A stretch of DNA of 64,000 nucleotides from Tubiluchus corallicola (Eukaryota; Animalia; Priapulida), in assembly GCA_030141605.1 (NCBI GenBank), contig JAQGDQ010000479.1, positions 107,795-171,794 of the forward strand, read 5' to 3'. A program made the position numbers and the translations under genes. Below, one piece after another: positions 1 through 13,860 of the stretch (positions are counted from its first letter, which is position 1; every line of letters begins with the position of its first letter). The notes below the pieces were generated by a model that was not told the origin of the DNA, searched no databases, and saw only the letters and a program-made list of their open reading frames with translations.

Positions 1-300
1 TTCGGACTATACTTTACCTAAGTTAACTGGTTCTGTACTTTTTGGACTATGCTTTACTATGTCTTCTCTCAATGAACTATATCCCTGGGAAACATCCCGC
101 TTGCTACATTCTCCAGCATAATTCTCTCATTAATTTTAACACATTTAACCTTTCACTTGGGAATCAACTAGAAACGTTAGACCCTGTGAAACTAAGGCAA
201 TTAATTTTAATTTATCTTCAAACATTGCCTCGCTGCCTGCCAGACGTAATTAATAAATCATCATCATGAATTATACACTCATTTTCACCAATCAGCTGAT

Positions 301-731
301 GTTTACAAGTCTGTCAAGTGAGTCAACACCTCGTGATGGTTGTGCATTTCCTTATGACAAGTTTTACCTGGATACCCACTCTAGAAAAGCCTTGAGTGCT
401 ACATGAGGTTAATTAGCTGAGTGGTCACGGTGCGTGCCAAGTTGCAAAGCTGAGCCGTTTTCAAGACTGTCAAGTGAGTCAACACCTCGTGATGGTTATG
501 CATTTCCTTATGACAATTTTTACCTAGATACCCACTCTAGAAAAGCCTCGAGTGCTAAATGGGTTTATTAGCTGAGTGGTCACGGTGCATGCTAAGTTGC
601 AAAGCTGAGCCGTTTACAAGACTGTCAAGTGAGTCAACACCTCGTGATGGTTATGCATTTCCTTACGACAAGTTTTACCTGGATACCCACTCTAGAAAAG
701 CCGCGAGTGCTACATGAGGTTAATTAGCTGA
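301..731. repeat. Tandem repeat, ~155-bp unit, ~2.7 copies
   Basis: CAAG(T/A)CTGTCAAGTGAGTCAACACCTCGTGATGG recurs at 306, 462 and 617. Confidence 0.9.
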
Positions 732-747
732 AACAAAAACTGCATTC

Positions 748-748
<1 letters not shown>

Positions 749-840
<92 letters not shown>

Positions 841-880
841 GAATAATAATGAGAAGAAGAAGAAGAAGAATTATAATAAT
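749..880. repeat. (AAT)n microsatellite with a short (GAA)n part
   Basis: Directly visible; explains the poly-Ile ORF 710..919. Confidence 0.95.
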
Positions 881-1426
881 TCTAACAACACAAAATACAG
901 TAGTAAAATGTGTCAACACAAAATCTATTAGTTCTATTTGGTTCTGGGTTCCAAAAGAACATTTAAAACAAAGTCTAAAATTTAGTGAAACAAAATTAAT
1001 GTGACAACCGGAAAAAGTAATTCATGTACAAGAATTCCCTAGCTTGTGCGTCCGTCTACTGCAAAAGTTAAGCAAAGCATAGCTTAGTCAGTAAATTGGT
1101 GGATGACCTACCAGGAAAATTAATTCGTATTCCGCACTCCCATATTTACCTCTTTCGTGGAGAATGTACATGCATCCAAATATGGCTAATTCACTTTTGC
1201 TAATCAAATCAATCACCAATCAATACTGTGAATATGTATAGATAGCAAGGGAGACAAAACACTTTTACCAATTGCATAGGTATTTTAAAATGTGGACAAA
1301 ATTGAGCAGAAACGGCTTTAGAATTAAATTTATAGTTATGCGACAAAGGCACTCCTCAAAGAAAAAAACTATTTACAAGTGCTGATAATACAGGCTAACA
1401 GTACTAAGCATATTAATTTATTTTAT

Positions 1427-2273
1427 TACACTACACTGCACTGCACTGCACTACATTACACTACACTACACTACGCTACACTACACTACACTGCACTGCA
1501 CTGCACCGCACCGCACCACACCACACCACACCACACCACACTACACTACACTACACTACACTACTCTACACCACACCACACCACACCACACCACACCACA
1601 CCACACAACACCATACAACACCACACCACACTACACTACACTACACTATACTACATTGTACTACACTACACTACACTACACTACACTACACTACACTACA
1701 CTACACTACACTACACTACACTACACTACACTACACTACACTACACTACACTACACTACACTACACTACACTACACTACACTACTCTACACTACACCACA
1801 CCACACCACACCACACAACACCATACAACACCACACCACACTACACTACACTACACTAAACTACACTATACTACATTGTACTACACCACACTACACTACA
1901 TTACACTACACTACACTACACTATACTACATTGTACTACACTACACTACACTACACTACACTACACTACACTACACTACACTACACTACACTACACTACA
2001 CTACACTACACTACACTACACTACACTACACTACACTACACCACACCACACCACACCACACCACACAACACCACACCACACTACACTACACTACACTATA
2101 CTACATTGTACTACACTACACTACACTACACTACACTACACTACACTACACTACACTACACTACACTACACTACACTACACTACACTACACTACACTGCA
2201 CAGCACTACGCTACGCTACACTACACTACACTACACTACACTACACTACACTACACTACACTACACTACACTA
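1427..2273. repeat. Pentanucleotide satellite (CTACA/CCACA)n
   Basis: Directly visible; explains the HYTTL-repeat ORFs. Confidence 0.95.
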
Positions 2274-2714
2274 TTAATTAATTAATTAATTTATTTATTT
2301 TATTAATTAATTGTAAACATAGCTTTACTATAAGCAAGCATTAATTTTTAACACTATCGTTATTCGTTAATAATCACAGTCGTAGCTAACCACTCTTTAT
2401 AAATTGCGAAACGGCCACTCAAGCAGTTGAGGGGTCTCAGTAGCCCTATAAAACCTGCGCATTTTCTGCACTTTAAAGAGTTTTGGACCTCTAATAATGT
2501 ATGACTGCTCCTACCTCCTGTAATAAAAAGAAAAACGAAGGCAAAAAACAGGGAATTAACGTGAAAGTAGGTATGAATTTCAAATAAACTGCAATATGAT
2601 GTTCTCATTTTATTGGTGGTTTTTAATATTTCAAGGGCAAATTCGTGTAGGTACTAAATTATATAATACGTAATTTATTATGAAACAAGAGATTTTCGAC
2701 TCTCTTAGTTTTAG

Positions 2715-2963
2715 AAGTGCCTCACATAAGCCATGGGTGGACCTCAGGGCTGCAGGTCACAACATGCCGCATTCTCAAGTGCCTCACATAAGCCATGGGT
2801 GGACCTCAGGGCTGCAGGTCACAACATGCCGCATTCTCAAGTGCCTCACATAAGCCATGGGTGGACCTCAGGGCTGCAGGTCACAACATGCCGCATTCTC
2901 AAGTGCCTCACATAAGCCATGGGTGGACCTCAGGGCTGCAGGTCACAACATGCCGCATTCTCA
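2715..2963. repeat. Minisatellite, 62-bp unit, 4 near-identical copies
   Basis: AAGTGCCTCACATAAGCCATGGGTGGACCTCAGGGCTGCAGGTCACAACATGCCGCATTCTC repeated four times. Confidence 0.95.
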
Positions 2964-3687
2964 AAGTTCTACCAGTTTTTCAGCAGACAGTAAATATTGA
3001 ATCACACAGCTGATGTGTTTAGGTTGAGTTATCTTCACTTGACTGAAAACGTCTTACAGTCGCGGCTTCCGCTTTCGAGTGCATACACGTTCAGAGAGTA
3101 GTCTGTTTACGAATAAAGTTCCAACACGAATGTCCCTTTTAACGAGCGTCGAGATGGCAAACTCGTTCAAAGTACCGCTGTTGTGTTTGATCAGAATTGC
3201 TTGAAATCTTGTCAGGTTTAAAATGAACACACGCAGTCTATATCTATAACTTTTATTTTATATGGGAGTTTTAGAGGTCTAATTGTGAGTTGTGACTCTA
3301 GTAAAATTGTTGCTCGTTTGACCTGCAACTCTTAGTCACTTTCATGTGACCTCTGACCTCTAGCGTATGCTATCAGATAATGGATTAAGATTCAAATCAT
3401 CCCAAGCTTACATTAGATGCCTTACAAAGCAAACAATCTTTATTAAATATCAGTTTCTCAACTCACCCCCACAATTACCACCCCTAAAGAACGTACGTGC
3501 CTCTCACTACAATACAAAACTTTAACATGACATACTGTATTACAAAGTTTAGCTCATGTTTACAATTCCCCACACGCAAGAAGCGGCATGAAGGTTAAGG
3601 TTAGGGCATTTAAATTGCGTGTACGAAATTGTTAACTCCTTCCCAAAGTGTAACTCATACATTTCATACGTTAAAACTCCTTTCGTC

Positions 3688-3961
3688 ACCAGACGGTTTA
3701 GTCTAGTGGTAATGGGTCTGCTTTCCGTCTGGGAGGTTGTGAGTTCGAACCACCGGCCGGGTCATACCAAAGACTTTAAAAATGGTACCTGCTGTTGCCC
3801 TGCCTGGCGCGTGGTATTTAGGGTAAAAGTGGGGTAATAATAGTCTCTGTTATGTAGTTGTAGGTTGTTATTTACAGTCGGCGATAATAGCTCTTTGAGC
3901 TAATGTTAATTGTTGACCCAAAAACCGACTTTAAATAAATATTATTATTATTATATTATTA

Positions 3962-4002
<41 letters not shown>
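3688..4002 (+). mobile_element. tRNA-derived SINE with a Meta-like core and an (ATT)n tail, copy 1
   Basis: A-box-like TAGTCTAGTGG, B-box GAGTTCGAACC, core GGGTCATACCAAAGACTTTAAAAATGGTACC resembling the MetaSINE domain, (ATT)n tail; flanked by a ~23-bp near-identical duplication (3657-3679 / 4003-4025). Second copy at 19571. Confidence 0.8.
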
Positions 4003-4008
<6 letters not shown>

Positions 4009-4937
4009 TTCATACATTAAAACTCATATATTTCAAAATTCAACTATCATGTTCAACATAAACAAAATATTACAACTACAAAATGCTTGCTTACGATTGT
4101 TTAAATTGCCAGAACAATTGACGTTCCATGATATTGAAAAAACATTGTAACACGTTCTATTTTCAGAATGCATTGTTTCTTTCCAAAACAGGAAGTTTTT
4201 GTGTACTAAAACAAGTTATTTTCGTTGCAAAAGCTAAGGACTTAACGCAAAGGGTGTGCACCCACCCCTCTGCCAACTCCCATCTCATAACCGCCCCCCA
4301 CCCCCGGCTAAAAATGTGTGCTTGTTCGGAAAGCGACGCCGTTGCCTTTTTGTGTCACTACATAGCTACGTTCACGTAAATAAACTGCATTGACACGAAT
4401 CGTCTTCACGTTCTAGTAACACAAACTGTTCACAAATAAAGCGTTTCCTGCAAACAATTTGTTCCCCTGTTGCTTAGCGTCCCTCCCATCAATCAATCAG
4501 CATTTCACAGAGATGGCTGCCATTTTAAAAGCTATTCTCAGACACCCTATAATTACGCTAAACACATTCTTAACTCTGTTCAATGGTTGCCGCATGGCTC
4601 AATGGAAATCACGTATAACAAAGAGCTTGGTGTGACTAAGTCTACGTATAAGACTATACTTCATAACGCACTGATTTTTTTTCTATGATTTTTAGTAGAA
4701 TTTTTAGGTACAATTATATTTGAGTAATAAAAATTTATTATAAAGAAATATTTCGTTTAGGAGTTTACGGGGAATGCTAAATTCTGTAGTAATGTACAGT
4801 AGTTATCCACCTACGCAGTGTGTCTGTTTTCTCGTGTCTTTAGATATTTAACTAGATGCCACTGTAATAAGGAAAAGCCTTCTCGTCACGTGACTTTTCG
4901 CTTTTAGCCATTTAATGGCGGCTCAGTAGTAACCTAA

Positions 4938-5540
4938 ACTACTGTACTGTACTGTACTGTATTGCACTGCACTGTGTTGCGCGGCACTGTACTCCAGTGT
5001 ACTGTACTAAACTGCACTGTACTGTACCCTACTGCACTACACTCCGCAGCACAGCTTTGTACTATACTGTACTGTATTGTACTGTACTGTACTGTACTGT
5101 ACTGTACTGTACTGTACTGTACTGTACTGTACTGTACTGTACTGTACTGTACTGTACTGTACTGTACTGCACTGCACTGCACTGTACTGTACTGTACTGT
5201 ACTGTACTGTACTGTACTGTACTGTACTGTACTGTACTGTACTGTACTGTACTGTACTGTACTGTACTGTACTGTACTGTACTGTACTATACTATACTAT
5301 ACTATACTATACTATACTATACTATACTATACTATACTATACTATACTATACTATACTATACTATACTATACTATACTATACTATACTATACTATACTAT
5401 ACTACACTACACTACACTACACTACACTACACTACACTACACTACACTACACCACACCACACCACACCACACCACACCACACCACACCACACCACACCAC
5501 ACTACACTACACTACACTACACTACACTACACTACACTAT
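4938..5540. repeat. Compound pentanucleotide satellite ACTGT > ACTAT > ACTAC/ACCAC
   Basis: Directly visible block-wise motif changes. Confidence 0.95.
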
Positions 5541-5689
5541 ACGTTTTATAGAGTTAGAACAACTCGTTTCACCAAAGAAGTTCTCCCGGTACAGAAATTT
5601 TGCAGTGCGGCAGCTGAGAATCCTTTTAATTTTTATTCACTTTAGCACTCTGTACACCAAGCTCCACCAGCCAAACTTCAGGCTCTGCT

Positions 5690-5900
5690 TAAACCACAAG
5701 AAAACCCTCCACTTACATAAAGCTGAAAAAATTCGTCTCGAAATTTTATACCACTTACATACTACCTTTTTGCATGCATGGCTTGCGTCGGCCGTAACGC
5801 TGTATAAAACGTGTAAATTTAAACTCCCGCCATGACTGTTAGACGCAGCCATTTCGATGGTAGGTCGTTTCAAACAAGTTTGGATAACATTAAGTAAAAA
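5690..5900. repeat. Old dispersed repeat, diverged copy at ~18628-18820
   Basis: Shared ordered motifs CACAAGAAAACCC...AAAAAATTCGTC...TGTAAAT.TAAACT.CCG...TTAGACG.AGCC...AAACAAGTT; class unknown. Confidence 0.55.
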
Positions 5901-7430
5901 AGAATCAGAGCATTCGTGTTAGTAACGTTAAGTAAAATTTTCAATTACCGTTTCTTGTCAATAAGATTAAAAATACGTTTTTTGGTTAGTGAATGGTGCA
6001 CCCTGGAGGGTGATGAGTCAGCGACATTTTACCAATTGGTGAAAATATTTTAAATAATTAATAATTTTCTTTTCTAGTTACATAAGACCTTCTAGTAGGT
6101 AAGCGAAAATCTAAGTAATATAGATTTGCACAGAAAGTCTTTTCAGACATAGTTTAACATTGCCTTTTCTTCCCTTCATTTACGTTTGGTGCATGACGTC
6201 ATGTAATGGCGACTTCGGAATTGGCACAAACATTTTAAATTATTATTTCTAGTTACATAAGTCTTTCCGGCTGGTAAGCGAGATGCTACAAAATGTAGAT
6301 TTACATGGAAAGTTTTTTGGGAGATTCACTGTTTCATTAAATTATGAATTATGAATTTATTCCACAGCAACTCAAACATACATATAAATTTATATAACAT
6401 TGAAAAAAATAAACTATGCGAGTTATTGTGAGGAGGAGGAAGGAGCATTGAGCTTTCGAGTCCTCCTCCAGATAAGTGAAACAATTGACAATTAACATTA
6501 CATTTTCATCAGTTATAACGTACATTAGAACAAAATAAGTTTTGTTAGTAACTTAAGATCAGGATGAGTAAAATTGTGAGTTAATTATACCGTTGTAGTA
6601 GGTAATTCTTTGATGTTTTTTTTAAATTGATAGAGATTAAGTTAACGCTATACAATGAAATGAACGATAGGTCGATATTTTTCCAGAAAAACTTACATTA
6701 GTGACTCATCACATTCTATTTTGTCTGGTGGAATTCCTGCCAACTGTACATACAAGACAGAAATGTTAAATAAACACAATGGGGTGGCCAGAAATGACCA
6801 AAATCAACCAAGATTCGAGGAGCAAACTTACAAGTCAATGGGTGTTAAGCGGATTGTCCATTTGACAGGGCTTGACAGAAGGGATTATCCCATAATTCTA
6901 AGCTACTGAACTTCACAAGGAAAATCTTATTCGAACCTGTCAAAGGCTAGGATGAGAAGATTAAAATCGGTTCCCACCGAATTGTGGCGGCACCAAGTTC
7001 CCAATCATCCCTTAAAATTTCAGTGAAACTGCTGGTGAATTGGAAACTTGGACTGTGTTTTGCACTTCGAGTAGCACTTGCTTTTACATTAATCGAGACA
7101 AATTTACGATTTCTTTAGTTTTTGCCAAGTTGTCAGTTCGCATGCTTTGATACCTGCCCAACCACTACAAATTTGAGAGAAACCTGGTTAATTTTAGAGC
7201 AGACTCGACAGAAGAAAGGGTAGCATGGCGTGTCACTGCTCTCAACTAGAGCGTACAGACTGTTTATTGTGTGAAATCTAAAGATAAACACGCACAGGGT
7301 TTAGTAAATTCATCGATTGCCAGCCATCAGGTAAAACCGCAAAGAAGAAACTGTTATCTTACTTAAACATCTTTGTAAATGAGAAAGCTATAAGAGAAAT
7401 ATTTATGGCATTCAACAATTATGGGATTAA

Positions 7431-7749
7431 ATTCAGTCCCAAATTATTTGTTAATAAGAAAATTTTTTTGGGTTTGTGCTTTTGTTCAGTATGTTCATCT
7501 TGTTTACACATGATAATTTTTTTCTACCTGTGCCCGCATGCTAAATATACCCTGTATCCGACGGGATGCATTGGGATTCAATGGAAGCATAAAATGTGCT
7601 TCATTTTGTAACTGCTGATGATTTTTTAAAGTATTTAAGACATTTGGTATGCATGCTATGCTGATCTGTACAAAGTCATCTCTAAAGTACTGTACGTTGC
7701 GCAGTTTTTTATGCAAACTAGAAAATCTATATAGATGGGTATGAAAGGG
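7431..7749 (-). mobile_element. piggyBac-type MITE, inverted and internally deleted copy
   Basis: Reverse complement of the 12793-13249 element; ends ...TGAAAGGG|TTAA. Confidence 0.8.
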
Positions 7750-8203
7750 TTAAAATATTTTAAATACAACATGTGATTCTAAAAGAATGCAAAAATGAAC
7801 TGAAAATACTACAGCAGCCTTTCATAACTAATATGAAAACATCAAACAACAAGTATTATGAACGTTCAGCAGGCTGTAGTTAGTGGCAGGACCAAAACCT
7901 GTCCATGCATTAGCATCATATCAACAAATTAAAACCCGCCACACACAAAATACTCGTGTCACTAACACAAAACACCCATAAGCACCTAAATTGAATTTAA
8001 ATTTGTAAATATTGTAAAGTTTTAAAGTCTTAAATGAATTCTAAGTTTTAATGTAATTAATTACAATATAACCCGTGTTTTTAATTGTAAATTCATTTTT
8101 AACCCTATTTATTGCTCACAGCAGTGGAAACACTTGATTACACTATCAACTTTTGAATGTAGTTTACAGTTCATCGATGTGTAATTTTAACAGCAATAAA
8201 GAG

Positions 8204-9025
<822 letters not shown>

Positions 9026-9829
9026 ACGTGGAGCTCGATAGTCATATGAAGTTAGAAATAAGTGAAAGAAAGAAATTCGGCTTTACAAATAAAAGTTTTT
9101 TGACGTTTTAGCAGTAAACGAAGACAGTACTGATAGTAGAAAAATTAAACTGTGTAAAAGTATTAAAGCTGCAACGTAAGAGTGATCATTTGAAAAATAA
9201 AGGTCGTACGAGTCTGGTGGTGATGCGCTGAAGCTATAATAGCAGCAGCTGGCAGGACAATTAACAGTTGCATTAAACCAAATAGACCGAATTGCAATCG
9301 TTCTCCTCGATTTTTGGCTGTAGATTAAATTAGGTAATCGATTGAAAAATAAGCGTGAAATGTGTAACAATTTGTAAAATCAGTAGTATGTAATGAAAAA
9401 ACAACGAAATGTTATAAAAACGAAAAGGAACAGGAAAGGAGGGGAACCCTTTATTGTGCAAACATAAACATTGAAAAAATGCACAGTAAAACTGCTATGC
9501 CTTGTTAGATTTGCACAGGCAAAACACGTGACATTCTTTTCCTCAAAAAAATGTGAAGAAAATAAAATAGAGTAATTTGTCAGTTGAACACGAGCTTCTT
9601 TAAATAAACACCTGAACAAAAATAACCTCTAGTTTAAGAAAACAGAACAGTCGACAGATAAGCATAAAAATGCAAACTGAATTTAAGCTTACGCAGTTCC
9701 CAGACGTGAGAAATCGATAATTACAATTAGTAAAAGAAAGCTGTGTTAAATAATGATTTTGATTAAATTGGTGATTAAATTATTAAATTAATAATTCAAG
9801 ATTAAATGATTGACGATGCAAGATTAAAC

Positions 9830-10115
9830 TATCGTCGTGGATAGAAGCCTAGTTAGGTGTGACATCACGTGATCAGCTGATGTTCGGCTGACTCAGAAGT
9901 AAAGATTGATGATGTAATCCTTATGCGCAGAAGCTCACGGCGCATTAGGTTTGGCCCGCACCTCGGGGGAGATTAGGAACTGACTTGAAGACGGAGGGCT
10001 GGCATTACTATCCTCTTATATTTATCGTGTTGTGTTTGTTGTTTAATAAATGTGTTGCTTATTAAATAAAGTCTTGAGTTTGCCATGCCCATCGTGGCTG
10101 TCTCACACGCCACAC
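9830..10115 (+). mobile_element. Possible solo LTR
   Basis: GC-richer island with AATAAA signals that ends ...ACGCCACACA; 5' TG end and TSD not resolved. Confidence 0.25.
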
Positions 10116-10289
10116 AATAATCAGCAAGCAGCTTTAACCACAAGAATAAATAGACTTTAATCAAATTATTTAACTCAATTAAGAATATCTTCAAGTAAAA
10201 CTCGACACGTTTACTACCTCTGCTTTTACAATGCTACAATTGTTGTAATCAGTATGCCTCAACCAATCACTTGTGTGGTCACAACATTT

Positions 10290-10715
10290 TCGACATTAAA
10301 GATCTCAAAATTTTCATTTGCTAACAGAGTTTTAAACATTCGGAATGCTTTGCATTCTCAAGTAGTTCTTGCTATTAATTTGTCAGTTTTTAGCAAATTA
10401 GAGATTAGCTAATGTCAATTTACTGCTTTATTGTAACTTTATCCGTAACATGTAACATTGTCATTGGAGTAATTGGCTCTCTCCAAACCGTATTATTGTA
10501 TAAAACGTGTTGTATATTGTACATAATTCATACTTAGGTACATTTTATTAGGAGCTTTTTAATGAGAGATATTCAATTTTGTGGTATTTTTTTTGAAATT
10601 TTATTTTTATGCATCTTTTTACGTTTTATAAAATCAGCGTATGTGCGCATGCGCCTGTTGATTCTTTTATACAATTTTAATATATGCATAAAAGTCAATA
10701 AATAAATAAAATAAT
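10290..10715 (+). mobile_element. Decayed CR1/L2-type LINE 3' end
   Basis: Reads FANRVLNIRNALHSQVVLA..LSVF, similar to the CR1 ORF2 end FSNRVVNxWNxLP; (AATA)n tail near 10700. Confidence 0.5.
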
Positions 10716-10931
10716 AATTTCAGTATTTATAGATATGCAGCTATTACGTGTATAGATAGTTAACTCTTTCGCAGGTTTGTTTTGATATGAAAAATTTTAC
10801 AAAACGTAAAACGGTGGCTATAAACTTAACTTACTTGAATGAGATACAGTGTCATTAAAAAACTGCTTAAAAGCTAACATTTTTAGTCTTCACTAAAAAC
10901 ACAACCCACGAGCTTCTGTCCCGACGCTACG

Positions 10932-11165
10932 TATATATATATATATATATAATAATCTTTATTTGCCAATAAAATACATTGATAATCACTGATAAAAACT
11001 TTACAGAGATGATCAATCAGTGTTAGTTAATAAAAACTTACACTGCTAAAGGCAAATGCGTCAGCGCAATCTAAACTACTGTGCAGTAATGGAAAGTAAC
11101 GACGAATAAAATCAAACATATTTACAACTATGCACAATAACTGAAAAAAGATATTAATATGGCCG
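10932..11165 (-). mobile_element. L2/CR1-type LINE 3' UTR with (TA)n tail, short copy
   Basis: Near-identical to 62200-62435 and to the reverse complement of 55230-55465. Confidence 0.8.
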
Positions 11166-11656
11166 TGCTGTTATACGACGTGTCTGAAACAAATTATCTT
11201 CTTTTCTTTCTTTGCACAAGAAACATCTGCTCTTCAAATGTCAAAACTCCTTTGACAGATCACCATTTCATGAACATCAGCATAAACATTAGCGTTAGTT
11301 ACATTACGTAATTATCCTTCCTTAGACACTTGACAATACGCTGAGAAGCCCTCCCACCCCCAGACAACTCTGCACGACCCCCACTTTCGAACAAATAAGC
11401 CAAGAACAGTTGTGTGTTCTAATTGCTCGTATCGTGTTACTTTGGAAGAAAGGGAGTCTAGCCTCAAGGCTACACGCAAGAAAGAAAGTTGAAGATCTAG
11501 CGTGAGCATTGTTTGGGAAGATGCTTTGTGCAGTTACAAGTGAGAAATCTTGTTTGTTTGTGCTGCAGTTACGAGAGAGAAATCTTGTTTGTTTGCTCAG
11601 TTACGAGGGAGAAATCTGGTTTGTTTGTGCAGTTTTTAAATTCTTTATATAACCAT

Positions 11657-12200
11657 ACTACGGCCAAATCACGTTGAAAACACCGGTTCTCGTCTGATCA
11701 CCGAAGTTAAGCAACGTAGAGCCTGGTTAGTACTTGGACGGGTGACCGCCTAGGAATACCAGGTGCTGTAGGTTTGCTGGATGCCCACACTGTATCTCGA
11801 CACTAGGCGGAGGAGCTGTACAAGCAGCCAACGGCTAGAGGGCGGAGGAGGTCAAGTGACCCAACGGCCATGTGTAGAGGAGTAAACCTTCCAAATCAGG
11901 AGTGGAGCCCTGAAGGCGGACCAGTGCAGCATGCTCACTGACTCCGGCAGCTCCTACAGCCAACCTGGTGCCAAACGTATCGCTCCGCTTTCCTTTGGAC
12001 TACACCAGGGAGGAAGAGAGGGGGTTCCTGTTGTCTGGGCAACTCAGGATCTCCATACACCTTGCCCAGGCGTGCGCCCTGGAGACGTTCAAGGATCGCA
12101 CTGCTCAGCCACAGTCGACGCTGCAGCTCCATCAATGTGATCAATAACTGACTCTCTTGGCGCACACTCCACAGTCTTCCGAGACAGAAGGATGCCAACA
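11657..12200 (+). mobile_element. Full-length 5S rRNA-derived SINE (SINE3) with an RTE-type tail
   Basis: ~120-nt 5S head (AAGTTAAGCAACGT...GTACTTGGACGGGTGACCGCC...AATACCAGGTGCTGTAGG) continues into a ~430-bp body ending GTCTTCCGAGACAGAAGGATGCCAACA; TSD ATATAACCAT/ATATAGCCAT; truncated copies at 31269 and 37035. Confidence 0.88.
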
Positions 12201-12792
12201 ATATAGCCATGAACGACATGAATTTATTAAATTTTCTCAATAACCAATGAACTTTTTAATAACTTTATTAAAAAAATAAAGTTTTTACTTCACGCTAGCA
12301 GTCATCTTCAGGTAACAAAAAAAATTAAAGTTGAACTAATTCTATTAACGGAAGAGTGAAGATGACCAGCAGTATGCAATAGAAATATTGTTATTTTTTT
12401 TAAAAAAAGCCAAAAATTCATTTTATTGTTGGTATTTAACCAATTTTGTATCTTCATGTATCGAGACAGTATCTTCAGCCTACCAGTCATGATCAAATTT
12501 CAAACATTTTTGGTAAAAAGGAACATTCGTTGATTGCCAATGCACAGAAAACAATTCGAAAAAATTACAGAAATTCTTTACACAGACCATAATAGTATCA
12601 GGTTATCGACATTTACGTTTGAATCATTACGTCGTACGTGTAGCAAAGTTCCGTATTCATGAGTTTCTTTATCACGCTTGTTTTCCTATGTTTTTTTTTG
12701 TAAATTTACCCTCTTATCTTGGAGTCAATGGTAGCATATCAGTCAAAGTACTTTATCTTATGTTTGTATACGAGAATGCGAGCAATGTTTAA

Positions 12793-13249
12793 CCCTTTCA
12801 TGCCCGTTGTATCCCGTGGGATACGAGAATATTTTCTGCCTTTAAAATTAATGAAATTTTAAAACTGACACTTATTTGATCTGTTAATAGTTATTTTGAT
12901 TTAAGCCAATAACAATAGACTAAAATGGTGATAAAATGGCAAACTAGAAAATCTACATAGCATAAAGAACTGCGCAACGTACAGTACTTTAGAGACGACT
13001 TTGTACAGATCAGCATAGCGTGCATACTAAATGTCTTAAATATTTTAAAAAATTATCAGCAGTTGCAAAATGAAGCACATTTTATGTTTCCATTGAATCC
13101 CAATGTATCCCGTGGGATACAGGCTATATTTAGCACACGGGCACAGGTAGAAAAAATAGTTATTATGTGTAAACAAGATGGACATACTGAAGAAAAGTGC
13201 CAAGCCAAAAAATTTTTTCTTATTAAAAAATAATTTGGGACTGAAAGGG
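12793..13249 (+). mobile_element. piggyBac-type MITE, ~460 bp
   Basis: TTAA|CCCTTTCA...TGAAAGGG|TTAA; six full or partial copies in the window. Confidence 0.88.
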
Positions 13250-13292
13250 TTAACTGGAGAACTAGGAAGTGGTTGTTATTTTGTGATCATTG

Positions 13293-13860
13293 TAGACATA
13301 GACATAGATATAGACATAGATATAGATATAGACATGTTTATTCATCTCTTCTAATGCACATTTACATAAAATACACAGCTGATTAATCATATAAAATTTA
13401 CGAACAAAAAGAGATGGAAAATATACATCAAGAAGTGATTAAGTTGGTGCAAGAGAAAAGTTAGCAAAAGACCATCAGGTCTAAGAGCCTTTCTACCAAC
13501 TGTTTCAATTCCAAAAAAAATAAAAATTGAATAAAATTCATTATTAAAGAGACTTAAAGAAAAAAATTTCCACTAAGAGGATTGTAGTCAGATATGCCTA
13601 ACGGCTTGTTGGTGGCAAATAGCTGCAAGAATCTTTCAGTCTCTTAAAGCTGCCTAGCAAGCTTGCATCAGTTACCATTTCACTGCAAAAAGTTCAATCT
13701 TTTCAACAAATGTCTCCAGTATGCTCTGCTAGGTTTTATTTAAAGGAAGCATCAACCCTCGAACAGCATTTATTGCATTTTAATGTGCAATTAAGAATAT
13801 TGAAATCACCACACAAGACTGGTTTGCCTAAAATGTAAAAGAAATTTAAATATTTTTTAT
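13293..13860 (-). mobile_element. Decayed L2/CR1-type LINE fragment
   Basis: Minus strand has the APE-like motif KPVLCGDFNI and ends in AATAAA followed by a (TCTATG/TCTATA)n tail. Confidence 0.4.

Noticed and set aside
6420-6485. Penelope-type hammerhead (minus strand CTGGAGGAGGACTCGAAAGC)
   Set aside because: The CUGANGA core is not intact and I could not read an adjacent RT or GIY-YIG frame.
11657-11775. Functional 5S rRNA gene
   Set aside because: No T4+ terminator, fused to a repeat body, flanked by a TSD, and has truncated siblings; it is a SINE head.
11746-11845. HDV-like ribozyme in the SINE body (CCGCCTAG/CTAGGCGG pairing, GCCC/GGGC)
   Set aside because: The L3/P1.1 pattern is non-canonical and the pairing is not kept in copy 37035; would need a descriptor or covariance search to revive.
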